Assembly (NCBI RefSeq): GCF_009914755.1
Contig: NC_060940.1
Length of the DNA stretch: 64,000 bases
From: the human T2T-CHM13v2.0 reference genome, Homo sapiens
Direction: 5' to 3' (one strand)
A program made the position numbers and the translations under genes. Shown here one piece after another: positions 26,764 through 43,541 of the stretch. The notes below the pieces were generated by a model that did no database searches, was not told the origin of the DNA, and saw only the letters and a program-made list of their open reading frames with translations. How positions within the stretch are numbered: the first letter of the stretch is position 1; each line of letters starts with the position of its first letter.

Positions 26764-27057
26764 TTTTTTTTTATTATTATACTTTAAGTTCTAGGGTACA
26801 TATGCACAACGTGCAGGGTTGTTACGTATGTATGCATGTGCCATGTTGGTGTGCTGCACCCATTAACTCATCGTTTAACATTAGGTATATCTCCAACTGC
26901 TGTCCGTCCCCCCTCCCCTGACCCCACTACAGGCCCCGGTGTATGATGTTCCCCTTCCTGTGTCCAAGTGTTCTCGTTGTTCAATTCCCACCTGTGAGTG
27001 AGAACATGTGGTGTTTGGTATTTTGTCCTTGCGATAGTTTGCTGAGAATGATGGTTA
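26764..27057 (-). mobile_element. L1PA (L1PA4-like) 3' end
   Basis: 'attatactttaagttctagggtaca...gatagtttgctgagaatgatggtt'. Confidence 0.95.
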
Positions 27058-27611
27058 TGGTAGTAGGTTTTCAGAAGCCATGCTTCAGTTCTGACTGGCT
27101 AAGCATTCAGAAATGGGTCCTAAACAGCAAAATATAGATGGCATTCCAATGCACCCACAGAAGAGGTTTTCAGCTGCAGAACAGGCATTCTGAGTTAAAA
27201 TATCTGGTTGTTTTCTATTGGAAAGCATTGGCTGTACTTTGAAACTCTTTAGGCTTCATTCTGATAAGAGAATGAGATGACAAGGTACCATAGAATTCAG
27301 TGCAGGTATTATTATTATTTACATTTTGCATTTAGCTTGTTTTAATGAGGAAGAGTGGTGGGAGTGTATAAAATTTTGCCACTTGTCCTGAATCCCATCA
27401 TCATTTTGAGGCAAATTGGAGGGATCACAGATTCAACAGGGTCAGGTGTGAATATGGGGGGTATTCATTGGATATTTGAATGAAAACATTGGTCTGTTTA
27501 TTTAGGGTTTAAAAGTATGACTTAAATCATTGCATTTAAGTGTAGGTAAATCAGAATGTCTGAAAAAAAACCATGAACACTAATAGTTAATGGAACAATG
27601 ACTAATCATAA

Positions 27612-28061
<450 letters not shown>

Positions 28062-29220
28062 TAAGCTCGCGATGATAACACCTATTAGAGGAAGTCTTCT
28101 GAAAGTAAGACCTGGAGATTCGGAGGCGATGTGTACTTGCTTCCCCAGCAGTCCAAGGTGTATGTCCTGCCCTCCTCCGGCAGGGCCACTACCATGCTGG
28201 CTCCCCTTGGTTTAGGCTTGACTTTGCCTTTGATACAACCTTCCCCCAAGGCACCCTGTAATCGCAGTTGAGCCGTATTCCAGATACGTGTGAGCCATAT
28301 GTCTCAGGTGTTGCAGAGTAGGAAACAAGTTGAGACATACTGAGGCAATTACAGAAAAAAAGAAAGCATGGAGAATTGCGGTGATAAGGGCTTACGCTTC
28401 ATTTTTTATGCTGTCTCTTTTCTGACCATATTTTAGATTTCCTAGAAACTACCCATTATTATGAATGCCTGAGTTCTGTGCATTTCTTCAGAGCTCAAGT
28501 CTAAACTAATTTAATGTAAATTATACATTTGCAAGTAATATTCCAGAAAAACCTTTATGGGGCCCACAAAGACAAAATGCACAAAAGGAAATGATGATGT
28601 GTTTTATTCATAAGGAAGCATTTCTCTTCAAAATTCTTCTACAGCCCCCCAAAATACCTAATGCATCACAAGCCGACATTTGTACTGCTGGCTTTCCATA
28701 CACAGAGAAGTACTGTTCCTTTTAATCAAGTAAGTTTATTTTGCTGTGAAACCCTTTGTATAATATTGAAAAATAGTTGTGTTCCTTGGAAGCTATTTCA
28801 GTTTTCTGAAATGATCATTTTTAATCAGTCTCCTAGCAAAACAATTTACCAAGCAGTGGAGGATAACGAACCATAAAGTTTAATTTGCCTTTTTTAATTG
28901 AGTTGTTAATTATCACCCCTCCACCGCTGGAAACTCCCAACTTGCTTTTTTGTTTTGCTTCTGATCCGAGACGTTTTCAAGAATCTAATCTATCATATTT
29001 CCTCTGTCCAGGTACTTTCATGAATCACATCAATAGGTGATTATTTTCTAAATCTGTTAAAGCTTCCACAGTTGCGTACAAATTTTGTCAGTGGTAAATA
29101 ATTAGATAGAAAACATCCAGTGGTGGTAAGTTGATAAAGATATCTGCCATTTATTGAATTCCTACTATGTGCCAGATGCTGATCTAACTTCTTAACATAT
29201 ATTATTTATCTTTCACAGCA

Positions 29221-29820
<600 letters not shown>

Positions 29821-30085
29821 TTCACAGCATTTTGAGGTACAAACAGTTATCTCCATTTTATATGCAACTAAACTGAGGTTCAGTTATGTTAAGTACCTTT
29901 TCCATCACAATCCAACTTATCAGGACTGGAGCAACGCTTCAATCCTAGGTGGTCTGGCTAGTGGCCTCACAGGTTATTTGTTTAACCCTAAGCTGTATTT
30001 TTGAGATCCCTGATGTCAAACAAACCTGCATTTGAATTCTAGTTCTATCGTTAATATTGATATTAAATTAACAGAATATGACTTA

Positions 30086-30250
30086 GGGCCCATTTGATGG
30101 GTGTGCGGTCTGGGCCCCTGCCCAGCCACACCCTGCACTTGGTTTGATGTTCTGCTGTTGCCTTTCTGGCAACTCTAAATCATTTTGAACAAGGGGGCCC
30201 CATGTTTTTATTTTGTATTGGGTCATATGTAACATAGGTAGCCAGTTCCA
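30086..30250 (+). mobile_element. MER91A (hAT)
   Basis: 'cttggtttgatgttctgctgttgcc...ttttgaacaagggggcccc...gtagccagttcc'. Confidence 0.75.
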
Positions 30251-30269
30251 ATACCATTATTGTTTTAAC

Positions 30270-30943
<674 letters not shown>

Positions 30944-32098
30944 AATTATTATTATTACTATATACAGTTATTAGTGTTGTTTTTATTACCGCTATTGTTA
31001 TTGATAGCAGTTCTATAGAGTACTGTGTCCCAGGCTCTGCTGTGTGAGCTTTATGTGAATTAAAGCTTTCTGTGTTCAGCAGGGACCATGGTCCTGAGGA
31101 CTGAATCCAAGGACATCCCCTCTCTGCCCACTGAAATCAGTAGTTTTCAGGCCAACTAAGCATGAGGCAACTGTTATTTTCCTGAGTGATACGATCGTTT
31201 CAGGAAGTATAAGGAGGTGGAAACACAGAATTCTGCATCACACAGACCAAGGTGAGGTCCCAACTCTGCTGCTTTCTGGCTGTGTGGTCTTGCCCAAGTC
31301 ACTTTCTCCATGTGGGATGTTCCAGGAGACTTTTGACCACCCGCTGCAAGAGAAATCTCTTACAACCTGCCCATTCAGCACAGTTCAGCCTGAAGAGAGT
31401 CATGTGTTTGTATTTAAGATACTATTACCCTGCTCAATCCCAAGAGCCCACTGGTCTCAGGCTCTGCATGGTGTTTGAAACAAAAAAACACAATGAAGAA
31501 ATGGAAAAGTTATCCCCCAAATTGTCAGCACCCATGTAACTGCTTTCTCCTCTCCTCTGTGATTGTCCATGAATATAGATTGGCTTGGCCATGCCATCTT
31601 TTCTCTACTAGCCTCTTTCTTGCTCTCTTCCTCACTCTTTCTGTTTCTTGGTCGTTTTTTTCTTGATTTCTCCTTATGTATCTGTTTTTGTTTCTCCTTC
31701 TCCTGTCCTGTTCCCCATTTTTATCCAAATGCCATGTCAGTGATTCTCCCTTCTCAGGAGGAAGGAAGCAGAAAAGGGTGGACAAAGGAAATAATTGAAT
31801 AGAATTCCATCAGTCTCTCTTAGCAGGTGTATCTCTGAAGCTCTTCAAAGATGGTCTTGATGAGAGCAGAGGAAGGAACTGCTCCTCTCAAGATTCAGCT
31901 GGAAAAAATACGGAATATTGTGTTAATTTGTCTTACCAAATGCTCTTCTCCCCACGTTTTCCCTTTGATTTCTCTGAATGTTTGGGAGGCATGCATTTTG
32001 CTGAAGAAGAGAATCAAGTCTTCTTACACCATCTTTGTTAAGATACTACTGTCTGATAATTCGTAAACTTCTAAGGTTTTTTTTCCACTGGAAATGAC

Positions 32099-32405
<307 letters not shown>

Positions 32406-32519
32406 AGAAATGCTTCTACTTTCTCCTGTAGGGTGGCCTGTAGCAGGATCATCCATTCACATTCCCAAGTATCCTCTGTTCATTCACCTGGGCAATGAGA
32501 GGAGCAACAATTAAGCCAG

Positions 32520-33600
32520 AAAAGATTTGCTGCCTCCCTGTCTTGATCCCAACTCCTTCCCTCCTGTCTGTGTAACTTGGATCTCTTACTTGTCCCCTTT
32601 GTCAAGGATAGAGTCAATCCCATTCCTTCTAGTAGATCTTCCCTTCTGGCCCAGGAGTACCTCATCCTATAAGCAAAACATCTTTAGCATCTTTCATTTC
32701 TTCAAGCTGTGTTTCCTTCTCACTTCTGAAAAAAGAGCAATCTGTGGTTTGGTTTCTTATCTCTGGTCACCCATTTACTACCCTTTTAATCTGAGTGCTG
32801 TGCAAATAACCATCTCACAGGTGACCAAGGGACACTCCAGTGGTCAATGTGTAGTCTCAGCTCGTATTCTCCCCAAGCTCTCTGCAGCGTCAGAGGACAC
32901 TGACCCACACTGTGACTTGACTCTCTGCCCTCCCACATTGTTGTGAGACTGGAGCTCTGCGTCATTTTCATCCTCTTAATTCTCTGTGTCCATCCCCATG
33001 TCTTCTCTCTCAGGCACAGGCTAAATGGAGGTGGTGCTCCTGAACTTGACCCTCCTTTGTCTTTTTGCATTTCCCTGCAGTACCTTAGCCCATCACCATG
33101 GCCGCTGCTTTTGGAGCACCTTCTAAATGTCAGCCTCTTTTCTCAGTGCCCTCCATATGTAAACCCTTCTAATCCTCCCTAACACTTTATGAGATAAAAA
33201 TGAGGGTTGTTCTTTTACAAGGGCGATACGGAAGAGCTGAGAGGCTATTCCTTTCTTTCAGATCTCTGGGCATAACCCTGACTGCTCTCTTAGATTGTCT
33301 TTGATTTCTGCTTGTCGCTTGTCTCCTCCCCCTGGGTTATCTGTTAGGGACCACACTCAAAACCAAACTCACCTCCATTTCTCTTCCATCTATGTTCATC
33401 CTCTGCGTCCTGTGGTTTTGTTCATATACTGCTCTAAGTTCCATTCAACACTTCCTACATCATTTTTGTGACTTCCTGTCTTTCCCTGCTTGTCCAATCC
33501 ACCACTAAGCTGTGTTTATTTCACTCCCAAATATTTTCCTTTCTAATTTCTTCCAAATTCCAAAATATTCTTTTCAGCCCTCTTTAATTCTCTTACTGTA
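32520..33600 (+). mobile_element. L2 internal fragments
   Basis: 'ggtgaccaagggacactcc...tccagtggtcaatg...ctctctgcagcgtc', 'caaaaccaaactcacc'. Confidence 0.55.
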
Positions 33601-33706
33601 ATATTACAATAAGTTTCTTTTAAAATTAATTTCATTTTTCTCCATTGTGTAATTATTGTATGCTGATCTATTTGGAGAAAAGGTGAAAGAACTCTTTTTT
33701 AAAAAT

Positions 33707-34434
<728 letters not shown>

Positions 34435-35707
34435 AAAAAAATCCAACTCTTTAGAAAAACACTCAGAACATTCCAAGTTCCCCTAGAAGATAACTTTCAG
34501 GAAGGCAATGGCTCTGCCTTTTGACCAGCACATAGATGAATGCCAGAAACAGAGTGAGTACTGATTGGTTGAATGAATGAGTGAATGAAGGAATGAGTGA
34601 ATGAGGAATCCATTTACCTTCTCTAATCTCTGGCTTCATCTAGACCAAATTACTGCCTTCTCCTAAATTGTTCCATATTTTCCACTTCTTCTCACTTACT
34701 GTTAGTAGCTGAGATCTCCTCCTGTCCATCTCCTTTTTGTTTGTAGATCGTCTCTGTCATTCAAGACTCAACTCATTCTTCGGGGCTTCCTCAAAATTCC
34801 CCTGATGTTCTCTGACTGCAAGGAGCTCTTCCCTCTCTTCCCTCCTCTGTTACTCCTGAAGCAGTTTTTAGTTTTCATTCTAATTCCTTTCTCCCAGCTC
34901 CTGAGCAAGGTAATAGTATTTTTTCAGCTCGGCTCTTGGTAGATATTTAATATTTGTTAAGTGCATGAGTTCATGAAATAAATATTTGGGATAATGGAGC
35001 TGAAGTTAAAACCAGTAAGCTCCACTTACTTCTGTGTCTGGGCCACACTTTGTCCAAAGATTTCCCTCTTAACGTTTTTGTTTACAAATGCTCTTCAGGA
35101 ATAACTTGTAAGAGAAAGGAGCTGTCATTGAGTGCCTTGAAAAGTGGAATTGCATGTTTCTATGGAAACAGAGTTGAGAGCTGAGTTTTCTGTACATGAT
35201 GTTTTAATGAAAACATATTCTTAGCCATTATAGATGGGTTTGTGTACCAGATGAGAAGTGCTTTATCTTAATTGACCATTATGTTCATAAGTCAGATTGA
35301 TGGTCTCAAGTATTATTTCATCAAATCACAATGCATTACTGTGGTTTCCTTTCAGGAGGTGATCCCAATGCTCACAAAATGAAGGCTGTCCTTGTTTGTG
35401 GAGGAAAATGTTTCTATAGACTTGCTGTTCTTCCCTTTGCTATTGAGAAGTGGCCTCTTTATTTATAGCTAAAGGACACTTACCATAAGCATCCAAGTGA
35501 TTCTGTTCTCTCTTGGAGGATGATAATTGCCCCAAATCATGCATGTATCTTATATCATATGAACAATTGTTAAGCAGTTTTAGGGACTCCAGGATGGTGG
35601 TAGCAGCGGTAGTGGTGGTGGTGATGTGGGAAAGCTCAAAGTTTGCTCCCAAACTCTTAAGTAGAAGACTACCTGTGCACCTGATACTTTTGCTTTTCAC
35701 TTGTGTG

Positions 35708-36014
35708 TTTGTTGGTTTTGTTTTTTAGAGACAGGGTCTTGCTCTTTTGCCTAGGCTGGAGTACAGTGGTGCATTCACTGCTCACTGCAGCCTCAAACTC
35801 CTGGGCTCAAGCGATCTTCCCACATCAGTGTCCTCAGTAGCTGGGACTGCAGGTGTGCAACACCATACTCAGCTATATATATATATATATATATATATCT
35901 CTACCTACCTACCTATGTTGTCCAGGCTGGTTTCGAACTCCTGGCCTCCAGTGATCCTCTTGCCTCAGCCTCCCAAAATGTTGGGATTACAGGTGTGAGC
36001 CACTGTGTGTGGTC
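35708..36014 (-). mobile_element. AluJ with (TA)n linker
   Basis: J diagnostics; (TA)12 at about 35874-35898. Confidence 0.92.
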
Positions 36015-36950
36015 ACACCTACCATTTTTGGTTTGTACTAGTTCTGAAGCATGTATTCCTATAGCATGGATCAACAAATTAGACTCTACAGATTATATCC
36101 ATTAGAATGCCATGGACTATAAGTGCTGGGATCATAATTAGAAAATTATTCTCTTTTTAATTTTCTGTTAATGATAATTTATTAGGCATATTGTTCCTAT
36201 CCAGAGATGGGCTTCCTGCTTCAGTTTGTGGCAAATTTAGGGTACCATTTTGCTTACCTCTTGGAGATCTCTTTTAATGCAGAGATCTAACACATCATTC
36301 TCCTCAAGTACCTTTTAATAGGAAATTTCCCAATAAACCTATTAAAAGCATAATGAAAACCTCATTCAGTCTTCTGTCAGGCTTTGGAGCTATAAGTGGC
36401 TTCTAATTTGCACAAGATCGGAATAGCATTGAAGAATTACAGTAACTAAGTGAAACATGCATTGGATTTTCAATTTTCTGATAGCATCCCATGTAATTTC
36501 TTGTAATGCATCTGTAGCCAAGGGAGGTGACACATGTCAAGGCTCACGCTGCAGCTTCTGCCCACATCAGTCTTCCGTGGAGAAGCACGATGCTGTCAGC
36601 TTTTCTCATGAGCAGGGGCCAGATAGGTGTCTTTGTTTAGCCTTGATGGATATTCCATTATGCACAGTCCTCTGAGCAATAGCCACATAATTTAAAAACA
36701 GCTCAGATAGATGTTTTTGATGCTTGACATTTGACTTCACATATTTATTGGAACAAACTGTGAATCATCCCTCTTATGCAAGTGCTTGACAGAATAGTTT
36801 GTCCACCTGTGGTCTGTTGTACCTGTGGAGTCTATTTGTATTCTGGAAAATGAATTCCCTCTAGGAAAAGCCAAGAGAAGTCCTGGACATCATGGCTACA
36901 AGCCAGTGAGATAAGACCCTGCATTTTATTTTTTTTAATCATAGTATCTC

Positions 36951-37483
36951 TTTTTTTTTTAACTTTAAAGTTCATGGGCACAAGTGCAGGTTTGTTACAC
37001 AGGTAAACTTGTGTCATGGGGGTTTGTTGTAAAGATAATTTCATCACCTAGGTATTAAGCCTACTGCCCATTAGTTATATTTCCTGATCCTCTCCCATTT
37101 CCCACCCTCCACCCTAGGAAAGGCCCTGGGTGTGTTGTTCCCCTCTATGTGTCCATGCATTCTCATCATTTAGCTCCCACTTATAAGTGAGAGCATGCAG
37201 TATTTGGTTTTCTGTTCCTCCATTAGTTTGCTAAGGATAAAGGCCTCCAACTCCATCCATGTCCCTGCAAAAGACACAATCTTGTTTTTTTTAATGGCTG
37301 CATAGTATTCCATGGTGTATATGTACCATATTTTCTTTATTCCATCTGTCATTGATGGGCATTTAGGTTGATTCCATGTCTTTGCTATTGTGAATAGTGC
37401 TACAGTGAACATATGTGTGCGTGTGTCTTTGTATTATAATGATTTCTTTTTTGGGGAGTATATACCCAGTAATGGGATTGCTG
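36951..37483 (-). mobile_element. L1PA (L1PA13-like) 3' end
   Basis: The 37170-37412 minus ORF is the ORF2p C-terminus (ALFTIAKTWNQPKCPS...YTMEYYAAIKK). Confidence 0.95.
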
Positions 37484-38295
37484 AAAATCCTATATTTCCT
37501 TTGGCATATTTCATTTTATCCAGATGAAATTATCCACTTTCCCTCTTAGAGAGCCTAAATGTTTGTTTTTAACCTGAAAGAGGGAGTCTCTTGTACCTTA
37601 CCTGTAGTATTTTCAATGTTTATGGCATACGTCCATTATTTAAAACCTCAGGAGGAGAAAAGCCAGTAGTATATTTAAAAATAGACTAATCACAGTTTGC
37701 AAAGGAAAAAAAGAAAAAAGAAGCCAACCAGACTTTGTAATCATTAAAATAATTAATGGTGTTGCTTTTCTTGTATGTGGCCTTGACAAGACTCTCTCAC
37801 TCCTGGGGCAGGTATTTTGACTGATTTTTCACCTGACTGAGGATGAATTTGCACTAATCCAGCTCTATACTCTCCCAGGATCTCCTTTGTGACCAAAGGC
37901 ATTTATTTGCAAGGTAGCAGTGTGGAGGTTAAGATGATAATCTAAGGCCAGAGACAGCGTCCAGCTAATTGGCTTTACATGGGGATCCAAGCTGTGTTCT
38001 AACTATGGTGCTTACGTAGCCTGAAGCACCTTTCTGACCCTTTATATCACCCCGAAAACAGCAAACATTTGTTGAATTCCCATGGGTCTGGTGCTGTGGG
38101 AGGGGGTGGAGGCAGGAGAAGCCAGGAGAGACTCAGCTTGGCACAGCAGGAGCTTCTTGGGTGCTCACAGCAGATAGGAATCCACGCTTCTTTTTAAAAT
38201 ACACTGAAGAAAATATTATTTGAGTCTTTCCATTTTTAGCTGTTCAATGGGTGATAATGGAAAGTAAGTCCAGATTAGCCTCCAAAATTGTAGAT

Positions 38296-38451
38296 CAGCT
38301 GTTTTCAACCTCAACACTATTGACATTTGGGGCTAGATGATTTTCACTGTGGGAGCTGTCCTGTACATTGTAGGATGGTTGGCAGCCGTAGATGCTGGTA
38401 AAACCCCCTCTAGTTATGACAACCAAAGAGTGCCTTGGCTGAGAACCCCTC
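38296..38451 (-). mobile_element. MER20
   Basis: 'ttcaacctcaacactattgacatttgggg...ctgtcctgtacattgtaggatg...tgagaacc'. Confidence 0.85.
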
Positions 38452-38899
38452 CTCTGGATGGCTTCCCAGTGGCTACTGATACTGGCATTTTCTGCTTTTA
38501 GAGAGAGTAGGTGACTGTTTTCACAAGTGTAAAATATAAAGTCCTTAGGACGATGCTGGGCATGGAATAGGATTCAAAAGTAAAAGGGCAAACTTTTCAG
38601 TATACTGAATCAAGCTGTTATTTTTTTGAAAGTGATATCATCATCTTTGCTGTTCATTATACCTTTACTGAACCTTCCGGAGTGTCCCTGTCTTAATAAA
38701 GAAGTGAGCATCGTCTAAGTACTGTTTTGAGCTTTAAGTGGCGATTCAAGCTCCACCTCGTTGCAGAAACATGGGCAGTAAAACTGTTAGTATCTGAGAG
38801 GCATCAAGAAATGGTAGACGATTCTGAAGCATGGCATCACGTGGCTCTTCATGTTTATCTCGCCACAACATCCTTAGCTCCTCCTCCTCCCACTGGTCG

Positions 38900-39023
38900 T
38901 GCATTAAAGCTTCACCACCCCAAGGGCCATCTGTAGACTCACTGCATCAGCATCGCCTTGGGAGCTTGTTAGAGATACAGAGACTCAGGCCCCAGTTTCC
39001 ACCCACGGAATCAGAATTTGCAT
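38900..39023. mobile_element. MER5A fragment
   Basis: 'gcatcagcatcgccttgggagcttgttagagatacagagactcaggcccc...gaatcagaatttgcat'. Confidence 0.75.
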
Positions 39024-39609
39024 GGATAGAGAGCCAGAGAAATACTTTGTTGAAGGGCCTTTTCCATCCCACTCCAACTGTTACCTAAAAGGACCTCTTC
39101 AGAGCCTCCTTTCATAGATATTCTGTCTTGCTGGCTGCATGCTCTCTTAGCGTCCTCTGCTGGCCGCTGTTGATGGTGGTGATTGTTTTTCATACTTTTC
39201 CTTCCTTACCATTCTGTGCTCTCATAAGTACAGGCCAGTTTTGCTTTTCTGTGATCCCAAGCTATGACCTAACACAACCCTTTCCCATACAGATCCAGTC
39301 CCAAGCACCCGGGAGCATTCCAGGGTCCCTGGACATGGTTCTGCAAAACTCCTAGCTACTCAGCATGCCAGAATTCTAATTCACTCATGGGTCAAAGCCA
39401 GAGAGGCTGTGTGTCCACCTCTACACATATGTACCCATGTTGAATTTAAAGGTCCCCAATAGGAGCTACCTCAAAAACACCCAACAATTAAAACTAGAGG
39501 GGATGGGGGCAAGAAAGATGAAAAGAAATTGATTTTCAAGATGCCATCAAGGTTGGGGAAAAAAAGAAAAAAACAAGGAATGGAAGGGACATCAGACTTA
39601 ATGCCTCCT

Positions 39610-40450
<841 letters not shown>

Positions 40451-41115
40451 AGGAAAACCTTATCAAATTAGGACCAATAAGAGTCATGTTCCTGGCACCT
40501 AGGTAGTAGATGAATCCCCTTTGACTAAGGCTACCTCACCGAGTGACTGTGTTCTCTAAAATGCTGGTGATGTAGAACAGGCAGGACACAGTTAGCATGG
40601 GAGACCCAGCTAGAAAAAGCTGGAGAGATCCAGAGTAAAGTTCATTTGCCATACTTCGCTTTATCTAATAGTGAGAAAGATTGCCTATCAATTAAAACCA
40701 CAAGGGTGGAGTGGGGATGTTTTCCCTAGAGATTTGAAGTAGTTTCATCTAATGTGGAGCAGTTTTAGAATTCAATAATGCAATCAGGTTTTAGTATTTC
40801 CACCCCCCTCCCTGCCACGTAATGATTCATGTGCCTTGAAATTTTTTCATTAAAAAATTCCAAGGCTCACAACGTAGAAGAAAAAAAAGAAAAGGGGGCC
40901 TCACACCTCATTTGTTCAGCCATCTCATCGAGGCCCCAAATGTAGATCATTGAAATGGAGCCTTGGAATTTTAAATCAAGTTTTACTTTGCAAATTTAAT
41001 GAAATGCAAACAAATACTTAGCAGTTCTAAAGGGCATGAAGTCATTAAGGTTTCTCATTTTGTTAGGCGCTTTGGGGGCCTCCTTAATTTTTGGAGTAAA
41101 ATCAATTAAGTTCTT

Positions 41116-41151
41116 TGTGTGTGTATGTGTGTGTGTGCGCGCGCGTGCGCG
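41116..41151 (+). repeat. (TG)n(CG)n alternating purine-pyrimidine tract
   Basis: 'tgtgtgtgtatgtgtgtgtgtgcgcgcgcgtgcgcg'. Confidence 0.95.
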
Positions 41152-41299
41152 GATGTGTGTGGCTGCTTGTGTAGCCAGTAAATAGACGAGGTGTACTTTG
41201 GATTTGAATGTCTGTTGTTCCCTTTACCAGATGTGTGTCCTTGGGCAAGTAACTTAATCTTGCCTCCTATGTAACATGAGGAACATTGAAGTTTTGCTA

Positions 41300-41459
41300 G
41301 GAGGATTCATTGCAGACGCACAGGTTTCTGTTCTTAGAAGTACCCGTGTATGCTTTAATGCTTTGCTTTTACCATCTTGAAATTCTTAGTAATTATTCCG
41401 TGATGGGACATGCATTTTCATTTTTACATAAGGCCCCAGAAATTCTGCAGCTGGTGCTG
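41300..41459 (+). mobile_element. MER91A inside a MIR (about 41185-41530)
   Basis: 'tttaatgctttgcttttaccatcttgaaattcttagtaatt...gcattttcattttt...ggcccc'. Confidence 0.7.
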
Positions 41460-42459
41460 ACTGGGTGAAATAATGTGAGTAAGGTGCCTGTGAGCATCCC
41501 TTAGATGAGGCAGATGCTAGATATGCATTGGGTCTTTTTCTTCCAGGTTTGAATAGCTGTGTCTTGCTGCTTTCCTGGGTTGGGCAAAATGTAGAATACT
41601 GACACTTTATACAGCCACCCCCATAAGAGATGCAGGTTATCTGTTGATTACCTTTAAGACTGGAGAAAGATAGTCGATTCTCTTACCTGCACTTTAGCAA
41701 TGTTGGGAGGATAGAACTTATTTGGAGAACGTTTATGGCCTAATAGCTTGGTAAAATGTGAATCTTCATGAAAGTGGTTTGCCAACTCTAAATTGCTATA
41801 CAAATAAGTCCTGATTATGTGCACTGAACAAAAGGCTTATTGAGCAGTAACTGATTCAGATGGAGGTAAGAAAATATGCCAAACTCTTAGGGGATCGCAG
41901 ACATTCAAAATCATAGCTCCTGAAATGTGAGCATTTCTCTGTCAATTCAGCAGATGTAGAGCGCGATTCTATGCACTGTGGGGCAAGGTGTTGGAATGGT
42001 AGATGATGAAAAATCATGGCTTTTGGTCATAGGAAATTATGTGATGTTAGCAGCCTAGAGCTCACAGCTGAGGCTGCTGGAGGTAATGCTGAGAGGAAGC
42101 ATATCGTGAGACCAGAGAGGGTTGAAGAGAGGATCTTGAGATCTGTGTGCACCTGAGGTCCTCAATTTTGGATTAACAGAATCCCCAGGAAGTTTACCCA
42201 GATTGTTATGACTTTTACCCAGAGTGAGAACCATCATTGATTAACACTTAAAGGGCCTGGCAGAGAACCAGGAGAGAAGAGTTGAAGTTGTGAGGATCTA
42301 TCTCAAGGCATGTGTAAACAACAGTTCCCAGGTGAGAAGTGGAGCTCTACTTCTGGAAATTCTTTCCTTTCTGTTTTCCATTAAAAAAAAAATAAGATAA
42401 AATTAGTGCCTATGTTGACCAGCTCTGTTCTCTATGTTTTCCTTCCCAAATGAACCAAA

Positions 42460-42742
42460 TGAATGCTAGCTCTTGCAAGGCCAACATCACAGAGAGGTGT
42501 TATTCCTGTCCCCCTTTATTTTCTCTGCATATTCTGTTTATTTCACCCACAGCATGACACACTTACGGAAATTATCTCATTGCTGGTCCTAATGATCTTT
42601 TCCCTTCCTCTTTCCACGGCTGGAATCTAAACCGCATGAGAGCTGGGGAATGGGTCTTGTTTATCTATCTCTCTATCCCTAAGAGCTAGATTTGTGCCTA
42701 GGACATCAGAAGCCTCCACATATTTCTTGAATGAATGAATGA
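42460..42742 (+). mobile_element. L2 3' end
   Basis: 'gtgcctaggacatcagaagcctccacatatttcttgaatgaatgaatga'. Confidence 0.7.
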
Positions 42743-43054
42743 GCCAGTTTTCCTCACCTGAGACCATTTGCAGCATGTCAGGTTGTCTTGACGTGCAGCT
42801 GAATTATTTACATTTTCCGGCAATTCATTGATTGACACCTTGGGCGCCCTACATTTGTGCTAGCCTCTTGGTATTTTTTCTCCCAGCTTAGATGTTCCTG
42901 CTGTTCTCCAGGATGGGTCCTTCTTCCTTACAGATTCAGAAAGGAGAATCTTCTATGAAATCTACAAGATCCTACTAGAACGTCAGGTCTGAAGGGCAGG
43001 ACTATGACTATGGTTTCCTTATTCATCATCCCTCCATAAATACATATTTGCTGA

Positions 43055-43541
<487 letters not shown>

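Noticed and set aside
42934-42986. Possible 53-nt exon (ttcttccttacag|...cag|gtctga) encoding DSERRIFYEIYKILLERQ
   Set aside because: The donor is weak, the length is not a multiple of three, and the peptide is not recognisable. It is unsupported without RNA-seq.
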